Shown one piece after another: positions 7,178-16,700 of a DNA stretch of 64,000 nt; the first letter of the stretch is position 1, and each line of letters begins with the position of its first letter. The notes under the pieces are model-generated. The model did no database searches and was not told the origin of the DNA. It saw only the letters and a program-made list of their open reading frames with translations. The stretch covers positions 3,879 through 67,878 of the forward strand of contig JBBRBM010000003.1 in NCBI GenBank assembly GCA_038205745.1, read 5' to 3'. The DNA comes from Verrucomicrobiota bacterium (GTDB taxonomy: Bacteria; Verrucomicrobiota; Verrucomicrobiia; Limisphaerales; SIBH01). Made by a program: the position numbers and the translations under genes.

Positions 7178-8320
7178 ATGATCGTCGTCCAGCTTACGAC
7201 GGACAATCGAGAGCCGTTCCGCGAATACCACAAAACGGAGCCGTGGTTCGGCACCGCACCCGAGGCGCTTCTACAAGGCTTCTCTTCACTGGATGATTGT
7301 GAAGTGCATGTAGTCACCTGCACGCAGCGGCCGATGCGTTCACCGGAAAAGCTCGCGCGTAACATTTGGTTTCACAGCTTGCACGTGCCGAAGCTGGGAT
7401 GGATGCGCACAGGCTTTCAGGGCTGCATTCGCGCCTGCCGAAGAAAGATCGCCGAGATCAGGCCAGACATCGTTCACGGCCAGGGCACGGAACGGGACTG
7501 TTCGATCAGCGCGGTTTTCTCAGGACATCCCAACGTTCTAACCGTCCATGGGAACATGCGGCTGATTTCGCGCGTGAATGGAGCAAAGCCGTTTTCGTAC
7601 GAGTGGCTGGCGGCGCGACTGGAAGGCTTCACCGTACCACGGTCCGACGGCGTCGTGTGCATCACGCGCTACACCCAGCAAGCGATGGTTCCATTAGCGA
7701 AGCGCACCTGGGTGTTGCCCAATGCGGTGGACCCGGCATTCTTTCAAATCGAGCCGCGCCGATCCGATCCGCCAACGATTCTTTGTGTCGGAGTGATTTC
7801 CCCGCGAAAAAATCAAAACCGGTTCATCACGGCGCTCGATCCGATCGCGGCGAAGCATCGCTTCCGCGTGCTTTTTCTAGGCGGAGCGGCCGCAAACCAT
7901 CCTTTCACGACTGAGTTCCGGCGATTGGTTACTGAGAGACCATGGTGCGAGCATGTGGATTTTTCGGGGCGCGACCGCGTGCGCGAGGAATTCACCCGCG
8001 CCTCGATGTTGGTGCTTCCGTCGTTGGAAGACAATTGTCCGATGGCCGTACTGGAAGCGATGGCGGCGCAGGTTCCAGTCATCGCTGCGAATGTCGGCGG
8101 AGTGCCAGACCTCGTGGAACCCAACGTGAATGGCCTGTTCTGCGATCCGCTCGATCTCACTTCGATGCGGGATGCTGTGGAACGACTGCTCGTGGATCGA
8201 AAGCTCGCGGAACAACTCGCGAACCGCGGAAGGGAATCCGCTCGCGCGAAGTTTCACCCGCAGGTGATCGCCCGGAAGCACCTGGATATCTACCGCGAAG
8301 CGCTGGCGACCCGTCGGTAA
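7178..8320 (+). CDS. GT-B fold glycosyltransferase, family 4-like
   Basis: The C-terminal signature is MLVLPSLEDNCPMAVLEAMAAQVPVIAANVGGVPDLVEPNVNGLF. ATG 7178 lies 4 nt after the FkbM stop. Confidence 0.85.
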   Translation: MIVVQLTTDNREPFREYHKTEPWFGTAPEALLQGFSSLDDCEVHVVTCTQRPMRSPEKLARNIWFHSLHVPKLGWMRTGFQGCIRACRRKIAEIRPDIVHGQGTERDCSISAVFSGHPNVLTVHGNMRLISRVNGAKPFSYEWLAARLEGFTVPRSDGVVCITRYTQQAMVPLAKRTWVLPNAVDPAFFQIEPRRSDPPTILCVGVISPRKNQNRFITALDPIAAKHRFRVLFLGGAAANHPFTTEFRRLVTERPWCEHVDFSGRDRVREEFTRASMLVLPSLEDNCPMAVLEAMAAQVPVIAANVGGVPDLVEPNVNGLFCDPLDLTSMRDAVERLLVDRKLAEQLANRGRESARAKFHPQVIARKHLDIYREALATRR

Positions 8321-9312
8321 ACAGCCAGTAGTTCTGTCGCAACGTCTCGCCAGCCAAATAAGCGAACTTTCGGCGCCGGCAAATTCGGGCAGCGCTCGTA
8401 AAAAGAGCGCAACACGCCGGCGTTGTTCTCACTGCGAAGATCTTCGTCGAAGTACTGCGCCTCTGCGCCAAAACGTTCGCGTGACCATTTCTGATCCGGC
8501 ACGAGGATCGGCAACCCGCACGCAACGGCTTCGTGCGCCGAGAGGCACCAGTTCTCATACTGGCTCATGATCACAAATCCCCGCGCCCGATGCAGCAGAT
8601 GAATCATCTCGGGAATCGAGGAAACATGCGGCTGATACTTCACGAATTTATTGTCGATCAATCGCTCGAAACGGAGCCAGTACGGATCCGACTTGGAATA
8701 CGGTTTACCGACGAAGAGCACCGGCACCTGAACGCGAATCGCGAGCTCGGCCAGTTCCACGGAAAGTTTCCGTTCCGTGATCGTGCCCGTGCAGATGAGG
8801 TGGGACTCATCGCGCGCGCCCGCACCAGCGTTCAAAAACTGATCGTTCAACCCGAGCGGCACGAGCGCAATCCGTGATGGGTCCACATCGTAAACCGTTT
8901 CGAGCACCTGTTGTTCTGCCCTCAGTCCGACGATGTTGCACGCGCACTTCTGATAAGCCCGCCAAGTCAATTGTTGTTTAACACCTTCGCCGAACGGAAG
9001 CCGCAGAACGGTTTGGGTCAGGAATCGTTGGCGCCGCAAACGAACATCGGATCGGTTGCAGGTCTCAGTAAAGAGAGTCGTCATAACGACGGGAATTCCC
9101 TTCACGCGCGCCGAATCCAGATACGCACCTTGCGCGGGGCCAAAGAAATGAATCACGTCGGCTTCCTGGCTGCCTTCCCACCATCGCGTGTGATCCACCG
9201 CCACACCGATGTTTTCCAAACCCGCTTTGCTCTGCTCGATCTGCGTTTGGAAGCCACCGTGCGCCAGCGCGAACGGAAACGGATGGTCGAACAACACTCG
9301 CATCGCCTCCAT
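8290..9312 (-). CDS. GT-B fold glycosyltransferase (GT1/GT4-like)
   Basis: GFVIMSQYENWCLSAHEAVACGLPILVPD is a GT-B C-terminal-domain signature. The gene converges on the previous GT and their 3' ends overlap by 31 nt (8290-8320). Confidence 0.7.
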   Translation of the reverse strand: MEAMRVLFDHPFPFALAHGGFQTQIEQSKAGLENIGVAVDHTRWWEGSQEADVIHFFGPAQGAYLDSARVKGIPVVMTTLFTETCNRSDVRLRRQRFLTQTVLRLPFGEGVKQQLTWRAYQKCACNIVGLRAEQQVLETVYDVDPSRIALVPLGLNDQFLNAGAGARDESHLICTGTITERKLSVELAELAIRVQVPVLFVGKPYSKSDPYWLRFERLIDNKFVKYQPHVSSIPEMIHLLHRARGFVIMSQYENWCLSAHEAVACGLPILVPDQKWSRERFGAEAQYFDEDLRSENNAGVLRSFYERCPNLPAPKVRLFGWRDVATELLAVYRRVASASR

Positions 9313-9404
9313 CTCAACGCGGCAGCCGTCGTGAACACGAGAAGTTTTTCTAATGCACGCGGGCGAACTGCGTCCAATTGACCAAACTTGATCACCGTCT
9401 CCTT

Positions 9405-10733
9405 ATGCGAACCCTGATTTTTCTCGCGCTGTGCGTGATGTCGTCTCGAGCAGTGGATTGGCAGGAGGTTCTGGGCCCGCCGCGCGGCGAGGTTCCCTAC
9501 AAGCTTGCACCCGTAATGTGGCGTAGCGATTTGACGGGCGCTTTGAAGGAAGCGCGGGCAGACGCAAAACCGCTCTTCGTCACGATGCGTTGCCTGCCCT
9601 GCAAGCAGTGCTCAGCGTTCGACAAGGAGGTGCTCGAAGGGGGTGGCAGGCTCGATCCCCTGCTCGCTCAATTCGTCACAGTGCGCATCACCAACGCGGC
9701 CGAGATCGATCTGCGAATGTTTCCTGTGGATGGCTTTCAGGACCTCGACCTCTCGTGGTGGGGTTGGCTGATGTCGCCTGAAGGAAAAATCTACGGCGTG
9801 TTCGGAGGACGCGATGAGGTTTCCGACACAACTCGCATTTCGAAGGAAGCACTGATGGTGATGCTGAGGCGTGTGTTGCAGCACCATTACGATCCGCGCC
9901 GCGCGCTGTGGAACGTCGATGGCGAAGCGCCGCGACTCGACGGCGCTGCGAAGACTGCACGCGAACTTCCCGGCTACGGTTTGTGGTATTCAAAACTGCG
10001 CCCGGCCGAAAAAGTTCCCGGCTCGTGCATTCACTGTCATCAGGTGAACGATATTTTGCGCACGCCAGCCGTGCAGGCGAAGACGTTCGACAAGGTTCGC
10101 GATGTCGAAGTCTGGCCGTTGCCGGAGAACGTTGGGATCACGGTGGACCGTGACGAAGGTTTGCTCGTCACCTCCGTCGCGCCGGACAGCGCGGCGGCGC
10201 GAGCCGGAATTCAAGCCGGCGATCAACTGGGTGCGGCAAACGGACGGCGACTTTTCGGCCAGGCGGATTTCCGCGGCGTGCTGCATCGCGGTCCGCGCGA
10301 CGCCGGCAACTTTGATCTCGTTTGGCTGCGCAACGGCAAGGTGATGCAAGGCAGACTCGACGTGCCGCCTGGTTGGCGTACGACGGATCTCGGCTGGCGC
10401 ATGTCGATCTCGCAAGGCGTCTTCGGCGGTTACCCCGGATTTTTCCCTTTGAACGTCAACGCCACGAAACGCCACCAATTCGGCATCGCGACCAACGTGA
10501 TGGCGATCGAGCCTTACATGGGCAAGAACACGAACGGCCCGGCGTACAAGGCTGGAGTGCGCGGCAATCAAGTTGTGACTGCCGTGGATGGTCTCAGCAG
10601 CAATCTCACCGGCCGCTCGTTCCTGGTCTGGTTCAAGCAACGGCATGAGCCGGGCGACCGCATCACGGTGACCGTGAAGGACGCACAAGGACAAGTGAAG
10701 GACATCGCGTATGAACTTTCGAAGGACGATTAG
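9405..10733 (+). CDS. Secreted protein with two PDZ domains, a Cys-rich thioredoxin-like N-terminal region and a CXXCH motif
   Basis: ATG 9405 gives the signal peptide MRTLIFLALCVMSSRA (alternative TTG start at 9378). PDZ-like segments are LLVTSVAPDSAAARAGIQAGDQL and PAYKAGVRGNQVVTAVDG. The protein also has CLPCKQC and CIHCH (10026-10040). Confidence 0.7.
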   Translation: MRTLIFLALCVMSSRAVDWQEVLGPPRGEVPYKLAPVMWRSDLTGALKEARADAKPLFVTMRCLPCKQCSAFDKEVLEGGGRLDPLLAQFVTVRITNAAEIDLRMFPVDGFQDLDLSWWGWLMSPEGKIYGVFGGRDEVSDTTRISKEALMVMLRRVLQHHYDPRRALWNVDGEAPRLDGAAKTARELPGYGLWYSKLRPAEKVPGSCIHCHQVNDILRTPAVQAKTFDKVRDVEVWPLPENVGITVDRDEGLLVTSVAPDSAAARAGIQAGDQLGAANGRRLFGQADFRGVLHRGPRDAGNFDLVWLRNGKVMQGRLDVPPGWRTTDLGWRMSISQGVFGGYPGFFPLNVNATKRHQFGIATNVMAIEPYMGKNTNGPAYKAGVRGNQVVTAVDGLSSNLTGRSFLVWFKQRHEPGDRITVTVKDAQGQVKDIAYELSKDD

Positions 10734-11724
10734 TCGCACTGTGGGAGCGGCGCTGATTGCAGCCGCGACACAGGCGCTTCCGGCGGAGTTGCCTTCTGAA
10801 TTCTCGTGGCTGTGCAGCGCTCCATTGCTCGGACCCGAGACGAACGCCAATGACTTTTACTTTTCAGTCAAGGATCCGTCCGTCGTATTCCACGAGAGGC
10901 GCTGGCATGTGTTCGTGACGGTGCGTGGGAAAAAGCGTTCGCACCAGACGGAATACATTTCTTTCAAGGACTGGAATGACACGGCCCGCGCCGAGCGGCA
11001 TTTCCTCGAAGTCACGAATGGTTACTTCTGCGCGCCGCAAGTGTTCTATTTCACGCCGCAGAGGAAATGGTTTCTCGTGTACCAGGCGATTGACACAAAT
11101 CGCACCGTCGCGTTGCAGCCCGTCTTCTCAACAACAACAAACCTGAGCGACTGGCGCTCGTGGACGCCGCCACAATTCTTCTACGCGAAGCATCCCGCGA
11201 ATGTGAAAGGCTGGATCGATTTCTGGGTGATCTGCGACGAAACGCGCGCCCATCTCTTCTTCACGTCCAACAACAACCTGATGTGGCGCGCGGAAACGAA
11301 GCTGGAAGATTTCCCGTACGGCTGGAGCGAGCCGAAAGTCGTGCTGCGCGACGACATCTTTGAAGCGAGCGCCACTTACAGAATCAAGGGTCGCGACCAA
11401 TTCCTGACCGTGATCGAGGCGCAGAATGGCTCGCGTCGTTACTACAAGGCGTACGTCGCCGACAAACTGGATGGCGAATGGAAACGGCTCGCTGGCACGC
11501 GCGAGAAGCCGTTCGCCAGTCTCTTGAACGTGCGCGACAGCGGCGAACACTGGACCGACTCTTTCAGCCACGGCGAATTCATCCGCAGCGGCGTGGATGA
11601 ACACATGGAGCTTGACCCGGCCCATCTCCGGTTCCTTTTCCAAGGCGTCCTCGACAAAGACATGCGCGGGAAAAAATACGGAGAAATTCCATGGCGGTTG
11701 GGGATTCTGGAACAAGCAAGGTGA
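10711..11724 (+). CDS. GH62-like (alpha-L-arabinofuranosidase family) five-bladed beta-propeller glycoside hydrolase, secreted
   Basis: A signal peptide is present. The blocks KDPSVVFHERRWHVF, YFCAPQVFYFTPQRKWFLVYQ, WIDFWVICDETRAHLFF, IFEASATY, SHGEFIR and DPAHLRFLFQG match my recollection of conserved GH62 blocks. No search was run. Confidence 0.6.
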   Translation: MNFRRTISRTVGAALIAAATQALPAELPSEFSWLCSAPLLGPETNANDFYFSVKDPSVVFHERRWHVFVTVRGKKRSHQTEYISFKDWNDTARAERHFLEVTNGYFCAPQVFYFTPQRKWFLVYQAIDTNRTVALQPVFSTTTNLSDWRSWTPPQFFYAKHPANVKGWIDFWVICDETRAHLFFTSNNNLMWRAETKLEDFPYGWSEPKVVLRDDIFEASATYRIKGRDQFLTVIEAQNGSRRYYKAYVADKLDGEWKRLAGTREKPFASLLNVRDSGEHWTDSFSHGEFIRSGVDEHMELDPAHLRFLFQGVLDKDMRGKKYGEIPWRLGILEQAR

Positions 11725-12653
11725 GCGTACCCGCAGCCACTGAGAAAGCAAAGAAGCGTCGCTGGCAATTCGGCGCACGTGAAAAGCGGTTGCTCTTCTA
11801 CCTTGCCGTCTTGCTCGGTGTTGCTGCGTGGAAGTTCATCCCGCGTCCGTGGCATCCGGCGATCACCATCGAGACAGCGCATTACTCGATCACCTCGAAC
11901 GCCACGCGCAAGGAGACCGGGGAAATGGCGCGCATGGTCGAATTGCTTTACGACGCTTACTCGAATCGCTTCGGCACTCTTCCGAAGTTTCAGCCAGACC
12001 ATCCGAAGCTGAAGCTCCTGCTCTACAGGGACCGCGATGAGATGCGCCGCGTGAATCCCGGCCTCGGCTGGGCGGAGGCATTCTACCGCAAGCCGTACTG
12101 CCGCGCTTATTTCTCCGCGCGCGAAATCAATCCGTATCACTGGATGCTGCACGAGGCCGTTCACCAGTTGAATGAAGAGGTGGCGCACGTCAATCCGGCG
12201 AAGTGGCTGGAGGAAGGCCTGGCGGAATATTTCAGCACGAGCCGCGTCCTCACGAACAAACTCGTGCCGGGCACCATCGATGCCAACACCTACCCGGTTT
12301 GGTGGAGCGACGACATCGCGACCACGCCGAGCCTCACGACCAATCTCACCAACGGCAGCGTCATTCCTTTGCGCGCGATCGTGACGAACCACGGCGGGCC
12401 ACGCATGAACAGCCACGTAAACCTGTATTATCTGCACTGGTGGACGCTCACGCATTTCGTGTTTGCGGATGCACGCCACCGCGACACAGCGATGAAGCTG
12501 TTGGAAGCAGGCGGCGAACTCGATTCCTTCGAGCAGTTGATCGGACCCATTGAATCAACACAAGCCGAGTGGCACACCCATGTCCTGCGAATTAAGGCGG
12601 CGCTTGCGGGTCACAACGTGAAATTTCTCAAGACCGGTGAATTGCCGAAGTAG
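11691..12653 (+). CDS. Membrane-anchored HExxH protein, DUF1570-like putative zinc metallopeptidase
   Basis: The N-terminal anchor is LLFYLAVLLGVAAW. The motif WMLHEAVHQLNEE has HEAVH at 12150-12164. Overall it resembles the Planctomycete/Verrucomicrobial DUF1570 family. Confidence 0.55.
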   Translation: MAVGDSGTSKVSVPAATEKAKKRRWQFGAREKRLLFYLAVLLGVAAWKFIPRPWHPAITIETAHYSITSNATRKETGEMARMVELLYDAYSNRFGTLPKFQPDHPKLKLLLYRDRDEMRRVNPGLGWAEAFYRKPYCRAYFSAREINPYHWMLHEAVHQLNEEVAHVNPAKWLEEGLAEYFSTSRVLTNKLVPGTIDANTYPVWWSDDIATTPSLTTNLTNGSVIPLRAIVTNHGGPRMNSHVNLYYLHWWTLTHFVFADARHRDTAMKLLEAGGELDSFEQLIGPIESTQAEWHTHVLRIKAALAGHNVKFLKTGELPK

Positions 12654-12715
12654 GGGCGCTATTCCTTCTTGAATCTAAACTCCAAATTCACCGGTGCCTG
12701 GCGTAGAGTTGGGCC

Positions 12716-13141
12716 ATGGATTCCAAGACGGAGCCGCCTGTGCCGCCGCAAATTCCCGTACGACTGGAGCGCTACGAACACAGCGTGCCGCCAAAGATAG
12801 AACGCCGCTATTGGCTTCACCCGAAGAGCGGCATCCTCATCCTGGCGGTGGACTGGCTTTTCTTCGGACCCGAGCTTTTCACCGCGGGAACGACGGCGAT
12901 CGTCACATCGCCCCTCGCGTTCCTGATCACCACGGCGGGCGTGTTTTGGATTCAGCGCAGGAAGAACGGAGACTCTTTCAATGCCGCGCTGTTGAAGGCG
13001 TTGCTCGGCGGTATCGTGGCGGGAATTCCCACCAGCATCAGCGGAACGATCCTCGGCACTGCGGTGCTCGCGCTCTCGGGGCTATCGGGATGGAATCAGC
13101 GGCGCGGTGATAAAATATCACCGAACACGCGCTCAAGTTGA
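12716..13141 (+). CDS. Small integral membrane protein (141 aa), function unknown
   Basis: It has three or more hydrophobic helices (GILILAVDWLFFGPELF, AIVTSPLAFLITTAGVFWI, LLGGIVAGIPTSISGTILGTAVLAL). The 3' end overlaps coaE convergently. Confidence 0.5.
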   Translation: MDSKTEPPVPPQIPVRLERYEHSVPPKIERRYWLHPKSGILILAVDWLFFGPELFTAGTTAIVTSPLAFLITTAGVFWIQRRKNGDSFNAALLKALLGGIVAGIPTSISGTILGTAVLALSGLSGWNQRRGDKISPNTRSS

Positions 13142-13704
13142 CGCTCGTGCATCTCAAGCACGCCCTCGGTCCACACCACGGGCGTCGAGGCGGCGATCTT
13201 CCTCTCGATCGGCCATTGCGCGTCGATTCGCTGCTCGATCTGCTCCGCTGACATCCCACGCGCCAACAATCGTTCGCGCTGCGATGCCGCAGAACACGCG
13301 GTGCAAACTACGAAATCAAACGCCGCTTGCGCGCTCGTTTCAAAAAGGAGCGGGATCACGACCACGGCTGCGCGCTCTCCTGCCCTGCGCCATGTTTCCA
13401 CCTGCTGCAACCATCGTGTGCGAATGCGCGGATGCAGAATCGCTTCGAGGATTTGCCGTTTCGTTGAATCGCCAAAAATAATTTCGCCGAGGAGGGCGCG
13501 GCGCAGCTTCCCTTCCGCGTCGATCAGTTCACCGCCAAACGTCGCGGCGATTTCGTCAAGCGCTGGCTGGCCAGGCTCCACGACTTCACGTGCAACCATG
13601 TCCGTGTCGATCACTGGCACTCCACGTCGCGCCAGGATCGACGCCGACGTCGACTTGCCCATGCCAATGCCGCCTGTGAGACCAAAGAGTTTCATTCGTC
13701 GCAT
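13096..13704 (-). CDS. coaE: Dephospho-CoA kinase
   Basis: MRRMKLFGLTGGIGMGKST (P-loop), VPVIDTDMVAREVVEPGQPAL and AVVVIPLLFE. ATG 13704 was chosen as the start. The longer ORF-track start at 13824 would overlap the giant gene. Confidence 0.85.
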   Translation of the reverse strand: MRRMKLFGLTGGIGMGKSTSASILARRGVPVIDTDMVAREVVEPGQPALDEIAATFGGELIDAEGKLRRALLGEIIFGDSTKRQILEAILHPRIRTRWLQQVETWRRAGERAAVVVIPLLFETSAQAAFDFVVCTACSAASQRERLLARGMSAEQIEQRIDAQWPIERKIAASTPVVWTEGVLEMHERQLERVFGDILSPRR

Positions 13705-13786
13705 CCATTCACGGTCGACACAGAAAAGCGCAGGCGAACTTTCGTCCGCCTGCGCTGTGAAACTGCTGCGAGCATCGCTTCTGCGG

Positions 13787-16700
13787 CTACGGCGTGCGCC
13801 TGAGCCGGAAGAACGACGCGCCACCCGAGATCGGCACGGTGGCCGAGCTGGTGCCGCTGCTGGTGGTGACGGTGGCCGACGACGTTGACCATGAACCGGA
13901 CGAGATCGACGCCCTCGTTTCGAGAACGATGTTGGTCTGCGTCTGCCAGCTCAACACGACATTGTTGCCCGCGCGCGCTGCGTAGAGTGTGGGCACGCCG
14001 GAAGCGGGCGGCGCATTCGGATCAAATACCGTGGTCTGAATCGACGCCACATTATTGACGGGGTTCAGGTCCTGTTCACCCGCGCCTGCGGTTGCGTTGA
14101 ATGTAATCTGGGCCGGGCTTCCCGGAGCCCGCACGGTGATCGTGCCGATGGTGCCCGCACCAGCCGGCAGGCTCCCGAAATTCAGCGTAACAGTGCTGCC
14201 GGATCGGGTGCCTGCGGGAGTCAGGTTCACGAACGTTGCATCTGGCGCCAATGTATTCGTCACGAACACGGCATTTGCGTTCGCAGGTCCGACGTTCGTC
14301 ACCGCGATGGTGTAAGTCAGCAGTCCATTTGTCGCCACAGGGTCCGGACTGTCCGTCACCTTGAGTGAAATATCCGCGCCGGGGATCACCGGTTCGCCAG
14401 ACTGGATATTGAGGCTCCAACCACCCGCGATGCTTCCACCGAATACTGGAGCGTCGTCATAGATGTAGAGTGACCACACACCATTGGGGTTCATGTTGTT
14501 GAACGTGGACAGACTCGTGCCGTAAGGCGGCAGCGGTCCGGGTGGCGCAAACGGATCGTTCGTCACCGCGTAGTTGCCGCAACGATACGTTCCATTGCTG
14601 ATGACACCGAAATCCGGGATCGCAAACGCCGCCGCGTCATCGAACGTAATGGTGAGATTGTGCATCGCGTTCGCGGTGCCGGAGCCGCCGTTGCCGGCGT
14701 CTGACATCAACATCACGTTCCTGCCATCCGGCGCCACGAGCACGATGTCGAGGTCATCCGGATAATCATGCGAGACGTTGTACAACGTGACCGTCAACCG
14801 GGTTAGCGGGCCGCCGAATCCAGAAACCGTCAACGTGGACGGATACGGCGAGGCCACACCCGAGTCAGGAAGCGTGATGACGTCCGAGTTCGCAAACGGA
14901 ATCATCGCGCGTCCAATCGTGTAGCTGAACGTCACGTCTCCCAGGAATACACCCAGGTTGTTCGTGAGCAGCAACGTGACCGTGAGGCGCGTGCCGTTGC
15001 TGCCGGACGCGAGGAATGTAAACGGACGCGACACCGAGTCACCACCCGCCACGAGCTCGCCGTAGCCTCGCTGCTGGAGATTTGTCGCCGCCTGGGCATT
15101 CGTCGGCGATACACCGGTGCCATTCCCGTAAACCAGCGTCGCCGTGATCGTGTCGTTGATCGTCCCGTTGTTGCGCAGTGCCAACTGGAGCGTGACGATT
15201 TCGCCCGGCTCGATGATGCTGTTCGTCGTCAGGTTTTCGGCGACCAGTGCCGAGCCCGCGGCCACAATCACGCCTGCATCATTGTCGAAGATCCGCAGGA
15301 GCGCCGAGCCCGGGCTGCCGACGCGAGCACCGCCGCCTGCGTTGCTCAAGGCGAGCGTCAAACTTTCCAGGCCTTCCACGATACTGTCGTCGTTGATCGG
15401 GATGATGATTGGCTTCTGTGTCTCACCCTGGGAGAAGACCACCGTGCCCGATGAGCCGAAGTAATCCTGACCGTTGATCGCTGATCCGCCAGTCACGCTC
15501 CAGGCCACGCTGACGGTGCCGTTGGAGCCGCCGGAGCGCACGAGGTTGATGACCGCATTACCGTCGCCTTCCACCACGTTGTAAGTCGCCGAGGCGAACG
15601 CAATCGAGCCGGCATTATCCACAATATTGAGCGTGGCCGTGCCGGTCGTCAGGTCAATCGTCGCGCCGCCGGTCGGCAGGTCGAGGAACAGGCCCACAGT
15701 TTCAATGCCCTCCGTTACGCCGTCATCCGCAATCGGAATGAGCAAGGTCCGGGAGGTGGCGTCACCCGAACCCCAGCTTAACGTTGTGGTGATCGCCACG
15801 TAATCGACCCCCGCCGTCGCTGTTCCATTCTGCGTGCGGAAGCGCGCACTGACTGCATTGGACGAATTACCAGTGCGAATCACCGTGATCACCGCATTGG
15901 TCCCCTTCTCGTTGACGACATAGATCGGGCTCGAGAAACCAATCCCAGTGTCATCCTCAATGATATTGACGATGGCCGTCGGCTGGCCACCAAGGCCGGT
16001 GCCGGGGCTGGGATTCGCCAGGGTCAGATTGAAGAACTCGTCTCCTTCCACGATCGTGTCGTTCTGGAGCGTCACACCAAAGACGCGGGATGTCTCGCCC
16101 GCGGCGAACGCGAGCCGTCCTGTGATCGTGAAGTAATCGTTCGTGAATAACAGGGACGTCGCGGTTCCGTCCGACGTGGCGAAGTCCACCGACACAGCCG
16201 GATTCGTCGAGCCTGTGCGTATGACGGTGATCGTCACGTTCGGTGCGGATTCCAGGACGGAATAGACAGCCGAGCTGAAGCTGAACCCGATATCGTCGTC
16301 CACGATGATCAACTGCGCAGAAGGCAACGGTTGCAGCGTCACGCCGCTCGATGGATTCGACAGCGTCAAGTTCACTATCTCGTCCCCTTCCGGAATCGTG
16401 TCGTCATTGATGGAGACGAGGAACGTCTTGTTCGTTTCGCCCGCCGCGAAGTTGAGCACCAGCGAGGTATTGAAATAATCCTGGCCGGCCGTTGCCGTGC
16501 CCGGGCTCGTGTTCACGCCGACAGAGAACGCCACACTCGGATCACCGCGGCGGTCAACGCTGATCACGGCGCTCGTGAACGCCTCGGTCACGAAGAACTG
16601 CGGCTGCGAGAACGTCACGCTGATCTCGTCGTCGAGGATGTTGAGCATCGCCGTTTGATTGAGGATATCCGGGCCATTCGGGAAGCCACCGGCAGGCTGG

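Noticed and set aside
13705-13824. Upstream extensions of several ORF-track models: coaE to 13824, the 1079-aa protein to 51362, the seven-repeat protein to 54402, the exonuclease to 55271 and pilM to 61811.
   Set aside because: In each case an internal ATG gives a canonical N-terminus (P-loop, signal peptide or family-typical start) and removes an overlap with the neighbouring gene.
13790-13996. Possibility that the shared C-terminal domain is a known sorting signal (PEP-CTERM, LPXTG, T9SS CTD, autotransporter barrel or T1SS RTX signal).
   Set aside because: It has no PEP motif, no TM helix and no LPXTG. It is far too short for a beta-barrel translocator. There are no GGxGxD nonapeptides or adjacent T1SS genes. 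The T9SS CTD belongs to Bacteroidota and has different conserved motifs. It is therefore reported as unassigned.
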